In this document: positions 40,818 through 48,513 of the stretch, piece after piece
Layout of the letters: every line of letters begins with the position of its first letter
Position numbering within the stretch: position 1 is the first letter of the stretch
NCBI GenBank assembly: GCA_964643765.1
Contig: CAZXTM010000003.1
Span: forward strand, 10,958 to 74,957
Source: an uncultured Bifidobacteriaceae bacterium
GTDB taxonomy: Bacteria > Acidobacteriota > Vicinamibacteria > Vicinamibacterales > UBA2999
Length of the DNA: 64,000 nt
Direction: 5' to 3'
The notes under the pieces: model-generated
The model's input: the letters and a program-made list of their open reading frames with translations, nothing else
Told to the model about the DNA's origin: nothing
The model's database searches: none
Position numbers and translations under genes: made by a program

Positions 40818-42023
40818 ATGTCTGCCTGGTTTCTTGCGTTCGCGGGGCTGGGGCTGGCGGCGGCCTCCTGGTCCACCTGGGTCCACTACACGCTCATCGC
40901 CGACCCTCTGTCGGTGCCGGCCTGTGACATCAATGCGATGTTCAGCTGCAGTCAGGCCTACACCAGCGAGTATGGGGCGGTCGGCGGTGTCTCGGTGGCG
41001 CTGCTCGGCGTGCTGTTCTTCGCGTTTGTCCTGCTGCTGACGACGCTGACGCAGCGGTCGAGAACGGCGCGGGCCAACCTGCCGCTCTACCTGTTTGCCG
41101 TCTCGACCATCGGGCTCGCAGTGGTGCTCTACCTCGGCTACGTGTCGTGGTTTGTGCTCGGCACCGTCTGCCTGCTGTGCGTCGGGTCGTATGTGGCCGT
41201 GATTGGGCTGTTCCTCACCTCGGGAGCGGCCGCAAAGGAACCTATGTCGAGTCTGCCATCCCGTCTGTCGCGCGATCTGTCCACCCTGTTCAGCACACCC
41301 TCGGCCCTGGCGGCCACCGCCGCCTTTGTCGTGGCGGCCGGTGCTGCCGTCATGCTGTTCCCCCATGCCAGCGCGTCGGCCGCAACAGCGGCGGCCGATG
41401 GCCAGGCATCGACGGCGACGGGGCCGGCGATTCCCGCGGCCCAGCTGAAGGAGTTCGAAGACTACCTGGCCGCGCAGCCGCGCGAGACGCTGAACATCCC
41501 CACCAACGGGGCGGCCGTAGTCGTGGTGAAGTTCAACGACTATCAGTGCCCCGCCTGCGGACAGACCCATCTGGCCCTGAAGCCGGTGAAGGACAAGTGG
41601 GCCCGCGAGGGTGCCGGCAAGGTGCAGTTCGTGACGATGGATTTCGCCCTCGAGCGCGAGTGCAATGCCGGCATGCAGTCCGATGTGCACCTAGCGGCGT
41701 GTGATGCTGCGGTTGCCGTGCGGCTGGCACGCGAGAAGGGGAAGGGCGATGCCCTCGAAGACTGGCTGTTTGCCAACCAGCCCATCATGACGCCGGCGTC
41801 CGTCCGTCAGGCGGCAGCCGACATCGGAGGCGTCACCGACATGGACGCCCGCTACGCCGACGTGCTGACCCAGGTGAAGGCCGACACCAACAAGGGCGTG
41901 CAGCTGCGCGTGGCCTCGACGCCCACGTTCTTCCTGAATGGCATCAGGCTGCCTGGCCTGCGTCCGGAGTTTTTCGACGCGGCCATTGCCTGGGAATTGA
42001 AGCGGGTCAGCGGCGGCAAGTAG
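40818..42023 (+). CDS. VKOR-family quinone reductase fused to a DsbA-like thioredoxin domain
   Basis: N-terminal 5-TM domain carries loop cysteines ACDINAMFSCSQAYTSEYG (C-x7-C) and the TM motif CLLC. An Ala-rich linker follows, then a thioredoxin fold with VVKFNDYQCPACG. Confidence 0.85.
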   Translation: MSAWFLAFAGLGLAAASWSTWVHYTLIADPLSVPACDINAMFSCSQAYTSEYGAVGGVSVALLGVLFFAFVLLLTTLTQRSRTARANLPLYLFAVSTIGLAVVLYLGYVSWFVLGTVCLLCVGSYVAVIGLFLTSGAAAKEPMSSLPSRLSRDLSTLFSTPSALAATAAFVVAAGAAVMLFPHASASAATAAADGQASTATGPAIPAAQLKEFEDYLAAQPRETLNIPTNGAAVVVVKFNDYQCPACGQTHLALKPVKDKWAREGAGKVQFVTMDFALERECNAGMQSDVHLAACDAAVAVRLAREKGKGDALEDWLFANQPIMTPASVRQAAADIGGVTDMDARYADVLTQVKADTNKGVQLRVASTPTFFLNGIRLPGLRPEFFDAAIAWELKRVSGGK

Positions 42024-42029
42024 CCTCGC

Positions 42030-42779
42030 ATGATCTGGGGCATTCTCGGCCTGCTGGTCGGGAGCTTTCTGAATGTCGTGATTCATCGGTTGCCGCGAGG
42101 CGAGTCGGTCATCTGGCCAGCCTCGCGGTGCCCCCACTGCCATACCCCCATCCGATTTCATGACAACGTTCCGCTGCTGGCCTGGTGCTGGCTGCGCGGA
42201 CACTGTCGTTCGTGCCAGGCGTCCATCAGCTGGCGCTACCCGGCCATCGAAGCCCTGACGTCAGTCGTCTTCATGGCCGTAGCCCGCACGGCTCCCGATC
42301 TCCTCACGCTCTCGCACCATCTCGTATACGCCTCGGTGCTCATCGCCCTGCTGGCGATCGATTTCGAGCACTACATCTTACCGGACGAACTTACGCTCGG
42401 CGGACTGGTCGTCGGCCTTGCCGGCGCGGCAATGACTCCGCCCGCCTTGCCGGAGCGCATGGCAGGCGCTGCGCTCGGCGCAGCCATTCCCCTGACCATC
42501 GCCGTGGGCTACCGGCGCTGGCGGGGGCAGGACGGGCTGGGGATGGGCGACGTGAAGATGCTGGCCATGATGGGTGCCGTGGCCGGATGGGCGCAGATGC
42601 TGCTGTCATTGACACTGGCCACCTGCTCCGGCGCAGCTGTGGGACTGCTGCTGGTCGCCGTCCAGGGCACGTCACTGCAGCGGCCGCTTCCGTTCGGCAC
42701 GTTCCTCTCCGTCGCGGGCCTCGTGTCGTTGATCTTCGGGGACCGCATCATCCGCTGGTACCTCGGCCTGCTTGTGTAA
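42030..42779 (+). CDS. pilD: Prepilin peptidase / N-methyltransferase (A24 family)
   Basis: GSFLNVVIHRLP, CPHC...CRSC zinc motif, GMGDVKMLAMMGA and PFGTFLSVAG. Confidence 0.92.
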   Translation: MIWGILGLLVGSFLNVVIHRLPRGESVIWPASRCPHCHTPIRFHDNVPLLAWCWLRGHCRSCQASISWRYPAIEALTSVVFMAVARTAPDLLTLSHHLVYASVLIALLAIDFEHYILPDELTLGGLVVGLAGAAMTPPALPERMAGAALGAAIPLTIAVGYRRWRGQDGLGMGDVKMLAMMGAVAGWAQMLLSLTLATCSGAAVGLLLVAVQGTSLQRPLPFGTFLSVAGLVSLIFGDRIIRWYLGLLV

Positions 42780-42930
42780 CCGGCCGGGCCGCAGGAACTG
42801 CGTCATCCCATCCTGACTCGCATTTCATCTTCGGCATCGGCCAGGCGGTCGACGGCCGGGACCGGGATCGTTTCCAGAGGGACACGCCGCGCGCGCCCCG
42901 AGGGCACGTGCTTTGCTCGTTGCCAGAGAT

Positions 42931-43353
42931 ATGTCGAGCCACAGCGATACGGGGTTTTCCCTCATCGAGGTGATGGTGGCATCTGCGGTGGCAGCCGTGG
43001 CCCTGGCCGGAGTGATGACGGCGGCAGCCGCAGTGACCCTGCAGCAGCGCCAGGCCGAGCGGACATGGGCAGCTGCCGAAGTGACGGCGCAGGTGCTTGA
43101 CCAGTGGCGCGGTGCCGACGTGGCGCTCCTTCGGCAGCTGGACGGCTGGAGCCTCGCCCTTGATGCGCAGGGGCGTCCGGTCGCAGCCGGGGCAGGCGAC
43201 AGTGCCGACCTCACCGTCGTGGCGCAGGGCACGACACCGGCCGGATGGCCCCCGGGCACCGTGCGAGTCGACGCGTGCGCCTATCGTGGACGTCCCGAGA
43301 CCGGGCTGGCACCGATCGTCTGCCTCCAGACGGGCTTTGGCGGTGGCTGGTGA
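42931..43353 (+). CDS. Minor pilin / pseudopilin (PilV/GspI-like)
   Basis: MSSHSDTG|FSLIEVMVASAVAAVALAG prepilin motif. 140 aa with two Cys. ATG at 42931 chosen inside the longer ORF. Confidence 0.75.
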   Translation: MSSHSDTGFSLIEVMVASAVAAVALAGVMTAAAAVTLQQRQAERTWAAAEVTAQVLDQWRGADVALLRQLDGWSLALDAQGRPVAAGAGDSADLTVVAQGTTPAGWPPGTVRVDACAYRGRPETGLAPIVCLQTGFGGGW

Positions 43354-44378
43354 ACGCGCGAGGGGTGACGATGCTCGAACTGCTGCTGGCCCTGGCGCCC
43401 GGCCTGGTCGTGCTGGGCAGTCTCTTCGTGCTCATGCCGCAGATGCGCCAGTTCAGTTACGAGACGCCATTACGGATCGAGACCCGGCAGCGGCTGTGGT
43501 GGGCTGCCGAACGCCTGTCGGCGGCCATTAGCTCGACCCAGCGTCCCGCACCGATGGAGGACGGACTGGTGCGCCTGTCGCGTGTGATCCCGGTGGTGCG
43601 ACCGCTCGGTGAGGGTGGTGGAACGGGAGGCCTCGACCTGATCGCGCCGACCGGCCCGGGCCTCGCACGGCTGCGCATCTCGACCAGCGAGACTGGCGGG
43701 GTGCTGGCCCTTGATGCATCCCCGTGTCCAGTGCTCGGCACCGTGTGTGGATTCTCGCGGGACGATATTGCAGTGGTCACCGACAGCCTCGGGCACTTCG
43801 ACATCATCGAGGTGGCGTCGGCCACGAAGGCCGTGGCCACGTTGCGTCTGCGTGAGCCGCTGCAGGCGGACTATCCCGCAGGGGCGTGGGTGGTGGCTGT
43901 ACGTGCCGACCGGTGGTCCCTTGACCCCGAGCCCGATGGTGGGCTGCGACTGCGCCGGCGCAGTCGTGCGGGCGCCATCGACACGGTGGCCGAGGGGCTG
44001 AGCCGTGCCAGCCTGACCGTCTGGGGCGAGTCGGCGGCACCGATGGCGCGCTGGGCAACGCCGACCCGGGCTGTGGTGTCCTACGGCCTGCCCTTTCCGG
44101 TCCCCAAGCGACTCGAGGGCGTTGATGCCGATACGCTGTGTGCCTGGACCTGGACCGGCTCGGGCTGGCTCTCGCGCCTGCAGCAGTGGAGCGGCGAGGC
44201 AGAGCGCACGCAGCTCGGTGGCCGGGTGTCAGACGGTCCCTGGTGCGGCACCCCCGCCAGCGTGTTTGCGTTCGACGTCGATCTGCTGCGCCTGTCCAGG
44301 GTCGACATCCGCCTTGAGGCGGCGCGCGGGCCCGGTCCACCGCTGGTGGTCACGCGGACGGTGGCATGGCGACCGTGA
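43350..44378 (+). CDS. Minor pilin-like protein (PilW-like) with an atypical prepilin motif
   Basis: GTG at 43350 overlaps the upstream stop (GTGA). It reads VNARG|VTMLELLLALAPGLVVLGSLFVL, with Glu at +5 but Val instead of Phe/Met at +1. 342 aa, four Cys. Confidence 0.6.
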   Translation: MNARGVTMLELLLALAPGLVVLGSLFVLMPQMRQFSYETPLRIETRQRLWWAAERLSAAISSTQRPAPMEDGLVRLSRVIPVVRPLGEGGGTGGLDLIAPTGPGLARLRISTSETGGVLALDASPCPVLGTVCGFSRDDIAVVTDSLGHFDIIEVASATKAVATLRLREPLQADYPAGAWVVAVRADRWSLDPEPDGGLRLRRRSRAGAIDTVAEGLSRASLTVWGESAAPMARWATPTRAVVSYGLPFPVPKRLEGVDADTLCAWTWTGSGWLSRLQQWSGEAERTQLGGRVSDGPWCGTPASVFAFDVDLLRLSRVDIRLEAARGPGPPLVVTRTVAWRP

Positions 44379-45094
44379 GGAGAACGCAGAGCGCAGCCCC
44401 TGCCGAGGCCGGGATGCTGCTGGTGGGCGTCGCCATGATGGCCGGCGTACTGCTGGTGATGGGGCTCGGCCTGCTGGGCCTGGCTGGCCGCGACGGGCTG
44501 ACCATGCGTCATCGGCTCGAACGACAGCACTTGCGACAACTGGCGCACGGTGCCCTCGACGTCGCGGCCGCGACCCTGGCCGATGTGTCGCTTGACGATG
44601 CGCTGAGCGGTCGACTCAGGGCGACGGGAGGCGATGCAGTCGCGGTCACCTCCTACGAACTGGCCGGTGGGCGCGTGGTCGAGCTCCGTGCCGAAACGGC
44701 CTGGCTGACCTGTGGGCGCACCTCGGCGTGCACGACCGCAGACCGTCGCAGGGTGACGGCAGCGCGACCGTGGGGCCAGGCCAATCCCCAGTGGGCCGTC
44801 GTCATGCAGGGGCGGGCCTCGCGCTGGTGGCCCGGGGTGTGGCACCGGGGCAGCGTGATCGTTGTCTGGGTGGGCGATGATGCGCGCGAGATCGATGGTG
44901 ACCCCATGGTCGACGATGCGACGGGTCCACTGACGGGCCAGGGCATTGTGCGCCTGCATGCCGTGGCGTACGGCGTGGCTGGGGGCCGTGCGGCCGTGGA
45001 AGCCGAGCTGCTTCGTCACTGCGATCCTCGCGAACCCGAGTGCCAGCCGGGGCTCGAGTTGTCGGGACGCCTCGAGGTCGATGATGAGATGTAG
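44366..45094 (+). CDS. Hypothetical pilus-associated protein (PilX/GspK-like N-terminal anchor)
   Basis: Hydrophobic N-terminus AEAGMLLVGVAMMAGVLLVMGLGLLGLAG with no cleavage motif. Two close Cys pairs (CGRTSAC, CDPREPEC). 13-bp overlap with the upstream gene. Confidence 0.45.
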   Translation: MATVRRTQSAAPAEAGMLLVGVAMMAGVLLVMGLGLLGLAGRDGLTMRHRLERQHLRQLAHGALDVAAATLADVSLDDALSGRLRATGGDAVAVTSYELAGGRVVELRAETAWLTCGRTSACTTADRRRVTAARPWGQANPQWAVVMQGRASRWWPGVWHRGSVIVVWVGDDAREIDGDPMVDDATGPLTGQGIVRLHAVAYGVAGGRAAVEAELLRHCDPREPECQPGLELSGRLEVDDEM

Positions 45095-45770
45095 GAATCT
45101 GCAGAGGGCCCTCGTCGAAGGCTCGCTGGGTGTGGCTGCCTGTTGTCTGGGGATAGTCGTGCCCGATCAGGCGCTGACAGAGGCGGCCCGGCGGGAGGCC
45201 GAGCGCCGGGCCACGATGCCCAGGGCCGAGCGGGTGCTGACCAATGCCGACCTTGGTGACGCTCCACGGCCCGTGGTGGTTATCCAATCGTCTGGGGTTC
45301 GGCGGGTGGTGCCCACGCCCGACGTGTCGAGCGGCGCCGTGTCCGGCGATTCGACGGCCGCCGAGACGAGACCGCGGCAGGCCACACCCGCGCACGTCGA
45401 ATCGGGGGCCGGACGCACGGTAGGTACCCCTGATGCGACGGTTTCCTCCCCGGCTGCCCCCGCGGATGGCGCCGTGCGTGACGAAGCATGGTGGAGGCAA
45501 CAGGCTGAGGCCTTGTCTCGCCGACGGCATCGGGTCGCCGACCAGCAGCGGGCACTCCAGAATCGGATCGACATGCTGACGGCCGAGGTGGCGGGTCGCG
45601 ACGACCCTTACCAGCGGGCCCTGCTCGAGAATGACCGTCGACGGTCGATCGAGGAGCTCGACGCCCTCGAGCGCGATCGCGCCGAACTGGACCGGGCCGT
45701 CACCGCGTTTGAAGAGACTGCCCGGCGTCAGGCCATCCCTGCGGCGTGGATACGCGTTGACCCTGACTAG
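45081..45770 (+). CDS. Hypothetical protein with signal/lipobox-like N-terminus and a C-terminal coiled coil
   Basis: MMRCRNLQRALVEGSLGVAACCLG, then a Pro/Ser/Thr-rich region and heptad-like RQQAEALSRRRHRVADQQRALQNRIDMLTAEV...ELDALERDRAELDRAV. Last gene of the pilus string. Coding status rests on its position in the operon only. Confidence 0.4.
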   Translation: MMRCRNLQRALVEGSLGVAACCLGIVVPDQALTEAARREAERRATMPRAERVLTNADLGDAPRPVVVIQSSGVRRVVPTPDVSSGAVSGDSTAAETRPRQATPAHVESGAGRTVGTPDATVSSPAAPADGAVRDEAWWRQQAEALSRRRHRVADQQRALQNRIDMLTAEVAGRDDPYQRALLENDRRRSIEELDALERDRAELDRAVTAFEETARRQAIPAAWIRVDPD

Positions 45771-46861
45771 GGCTTCAGGCCCAGTGACCGCAATGCGGCC
45801 ACCAGCTCGCGCGTGGTCACATCGGTGAGCTCCTGTGTGCGGCCGAGACCGGTGACGGCGACAAAGTGCAGGCGCCCGGCAATGACCTTCTTGTCATGGG
45901 CGGCGGCGCGTGCCACCTCCCGCGCCGACAGGTCGCGAATGGCCGGCAGGGGGCCCAGATGCTCGATGGTGGCCCGCAGGGCCGCCGCCGTGCTGTCAGG
46001 GGTCACGCCTCGGCGCTGCCCCAGTGCGGTGGCGGCCAGCATGCCGTAGCCGACGGCTTCTCCGTGCAGCAGCCGCCGATACGACGTGGCGGCCTCGAGG
46101 GCATGGCCGAGCGTGTGGCCGAAATTCAGCACGCGACGGGGGCCGCCTTCCCGTTCGTCGCCAGACACAATGGCCGCCTTGATGCGGCATGATTCGGCGA
46201 CGATGGCGTCAAGCTGGCCGGGGGTGTCGGCGAACGCCGACCCGGCGCCCTGCGCCACATGCTCGAGCAGTGCGGGGGTGGCAATGGCGCCGTACTTGAT
46301 CACCTCGTAGAGACCGGCCCTGAACTGGCGGCGTGGCAGGGTGTCGAGCAGGGCAGGGTCGGCGACCACCAGTTTCGGGGCATGAAAGGCGCCGATCAGG
46401 TTCTTCCCCTGAGGATGATTGACGCCCGTCTTGCCCCCCACGGCACTGTCGACCTGGGCCATGAGTGTGGTCGGCACGTGGACGACGCGCACGCCTCGCA
46501 AGTACGTCGCGGCTGCGAACCCGGCCATGTCCCCGATGACGCCTCCCCCCACCACCACGACAATCGCCGCGCGGTCGGCCTGCGACTCGACCAGGGCATC
46601 ATGGATGCGGCCGACGGTCTGCATGGTCTTCGACCGCTCGCCGTCGGGCACCAGGATGGGCTGCGTCGTGCGACCCTTCAGGGCACGGGAAATCCGACGG
46701 CCCTGTGCGCCCCAGACGGTAGGACTGGAGACCACGGTGACGCGCCCGGTGAGCCCGGCGGCGTTCAGCAGATCGGAGAGGGTGGCCGACACCCCATGGC
46801 CGACCATGACGGGATAGGCGCCGCCGGCGGCCTGCACCTCGATGCGTGTGAACGAACTCAT
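45767..46861 (-). CDS. aroB: 3-dehydroquinate synthase
   Basis: VVVGGGVIGDMAGFAAATYLRGV, VDSAVGGKTGVN, NFGHTLGHALE. ATG at 46861 (MSSFTRIEV) chosen. 4-bp convergent overlap with the upstream plus-strand gene. Confidence 0.93.
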   Translation of the reverse strand: MSSFTRIEVQAAGGAYPVMVGHGVSATLSDLLNAAGLTGRVTVVSSPTVWGAQGRRISRALKGRTTQPILVPDGERSKTMQTVGRIHDALVESQADRAAIVVVVGGGVIGDMAGFAAATYLRGVRVVHVPTTLMAQVDSAVGGKTGVNHPQGKNLIGAFHAPKLVVADPALLDTLPRRQFRAGLYEVIKYGAIATPALLEHVAQGAGSAFADTPGQLDAIVAESCRIKAAIVSGDEREGGPRRVLNFGHTLGHALEAATSYRRLLHGEAVGYGMLAATALGQRRGVTPDSTAAALRATIEHLGPLPAIRDLSAREVARAAAHDKKVIAGRLHFVAVTGLGRTQELTDVTTRELVAALRSLGLKP

Positions 46862-46953
46862 GCCGGCCGGTAGAATACCACCCGGGTCGCGAGTGCCCCT
46901 GGCGGGGTAGACTGACAAGCTGGAACCGCGCGACGCGGCATGAAACGGAGCTT

Positions 46954-48420
46954 ATGAGCAACAGCCAAGGCAAGGGCGGCGAGGCGTTTGTGAAGGAGAT
47001 TACGCCTCAGAGCGAGGATTTTTCACGCTGGTATCTCGATGTCGTTCGGAAGGCCGAGCTGGCGGATTACTCGCCAGTCAAAGGCTGCATGGTGATCCGA
47101 CCCTACGGCTACGCGATCTGGGAGCAGATTCAGCGCCAGCTGGACGACCGGTTTAAGGCGACGGGGCATGTGAACGCCTATTTCCCGCTGTTCATCCCCG
47201 AGAGCCTGCTGCTGAAGGAAGCCGAGCACGTGGAAGGCTTCGCGCCGCAGGTGGCCTGGGTGACCAAGGGGGGCACCGAGGACCTCGAGGAGAAGCTGAT
47301 TGTCCGCCCGACGTCCGAAACAATTATTGGCGTGATGTATCAGCGCTGGATTCAGTCATGGCGCGACCTGCCCGTGCTAATCAACCAGTGGGCGAACGTG
47401 GTGCGGTGGGAGAAGGTGACCCGGCCGTTCCTGCGGACCACCGAGTTCCTCTGGCAGGAGGGCCACACGGCGCATGAGACGGCCGATGAGGCGCAGGAAG
47501 AGACGCTGAAGATTCTGGCACTCTACAAGGAGTTTGCCGAGTCGGTGCTGGCCATGCCCGTGGTGGACGGGCAGAAGAGCGAAAGCGAGAAATTTGCGGG
47601 GGCCTCGCGCACCTACTCGATTGAGGCCCTGATGGGGGACGGCCGTGCGCTGCAGGCCGGCACGTCGCACAACCTCGGACAGAACTTCGCGAAGGCCTTC
47701 GAGATTCAGTTCCAGGGGCGCGACAAGACACTGCAGCATGCCTGGACGACGTCGTGGGGCGTGTCGACGCGGCTGATTGGCGGCGTCATCATGACGCACG
47801 GTGACGACAGCGGGCTGATTCTGCCGCCGCGCGTGGCGCCCTGGCAGGTGGTGATTGTCCCGATTCCCCGGGGCACCTGGAAGGAGACGGTCCTCCCGAC
47901 CTGCGAGGCCATCTGTGCGCAGCTCAAGGCGGCGGGCATTCGCGTCAAGCTGGACGCTGACGACAGCAACACGCCGGGGTGGAAGTTCTCCGAGTATGAA
48001 ATGCGCGGGGTGCCGCTGCGCCTCGAGATCGGTCCGAAGGACATCGAGAAGTCGACCGTGTTTGCCGCGCGCCGGGACACGCGGGCCAAGCAGGCGCTGC
48101 CGATGGAGGGACTGGCCGCCACGGTGCAGGCCCTGCTGGACGAGATTCAGTCGGCGCTGCTCGAGCGCGCACGGGCCTTCCGCGAGAGCCACACGTCGGC
48201 CACGACGGACTACGACGAGTTCAAGGCCGTGATGGAAGGGCGTCCGGGGTTCGTGCAGTCGCCGTGGTGCGGCAGCGCGGCATGCGAGGCCGACATCAAG
48301 GCGGAGACGCAGGCCACCATCCGGAACATTCCCTTCGGATTCGAACAGGCCCCGGGCGTGGGCTGCATCCGGTGCGGCACACCGGCGGCTGTGACGGCCT
48401 GGTTCGCAAAGGCCTACTGA
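46954..48420 (+). CDS. proS: Prolyl-tRNA synthetase (archaeal/eukaryote-like class IIa form with no insertion domain)
   Basis: FSRWYLDVVRKAELADYSPVKGCMVIRPYGYAIWE, FLRTTEFLWQEGHTAH, GRALQAGTSHNLGQNF. C-terminal zinc-type domain ends in ...WFAKAY. Confidence 0.95.
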   Translation: MSNSQGKGGEAFVKEITPQSEDFSRWYLDVVRKAELADYSPVKGCMVIRPYGYAIWEQIQRQLDDRFKATGHVNAYFPLFIPESLLLKEAEHVEGFAPQVAWVTKGGTEDLEEKLIVRPTSETIIGVMYQRWIQSWRDLPVLINQWANVVRWEKVTRPFLRTTEFLWQEGHTAHETADEAQEETLKILALYKEFAESVLAMPVVDGQKSESEKFAGASRTYSIEALMGDGRALQAGTSHNLGQNFAKAFEIQFQGRDKTLQHAWTTSWGVSTRLIGGVIMTHGDDSGLILPPRVAPWQVVIVPIPRGTWKETVLPTCEAICAQLKAAGIRVKLDADDSNTPGWKFSEYEMRGVPLRLEIGPKDIEKSTVFAARRDTRAKQALPMEGLAATVQALLDEIQSALLERARAFRESHTSATTDYDEFKAVMEGRPGFVQSPWCGSAACEADIKAETQATIRNIPFGFEQAPGVGCIRCGTPAAVTAWFAKAY

Positions 48421-48452
48421 GCGACCCAGCAATCGTCGAGGGTGAAAGACAA

Positions 48453-48495
48453 CGGGCCCGGTCATCGGAGGATGACCGGGCCCGCGTCGTTTCTG
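48453..48495. terminator. Bidirectional hairpin terminator between convergent proS and the ompA-family gene
   Basis: CGGGCCCGGTCATC-GGAG-GATGACCGGGCCCG is a perfect 14-bp stem (48453-48484). CGTCGTTTCT follows on the plus strand, and TTGTCTTTCAC is the corresponding flank on the minus strand. Confidence 0.7.
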
Positions 48496-48513
48496 GGGAT
48501 GGACCGGAAGGGC

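Noticed and set aside
36679-45770. Interpretation of the cluster as a type II secretion system
   Set aside because: A PilT-type retraction ATPase is present and there are no GspC/D/L/M genes. The long 180-aa pilin with a C-terminal disulfide-capable region fits a type IV pilin better than GspG.
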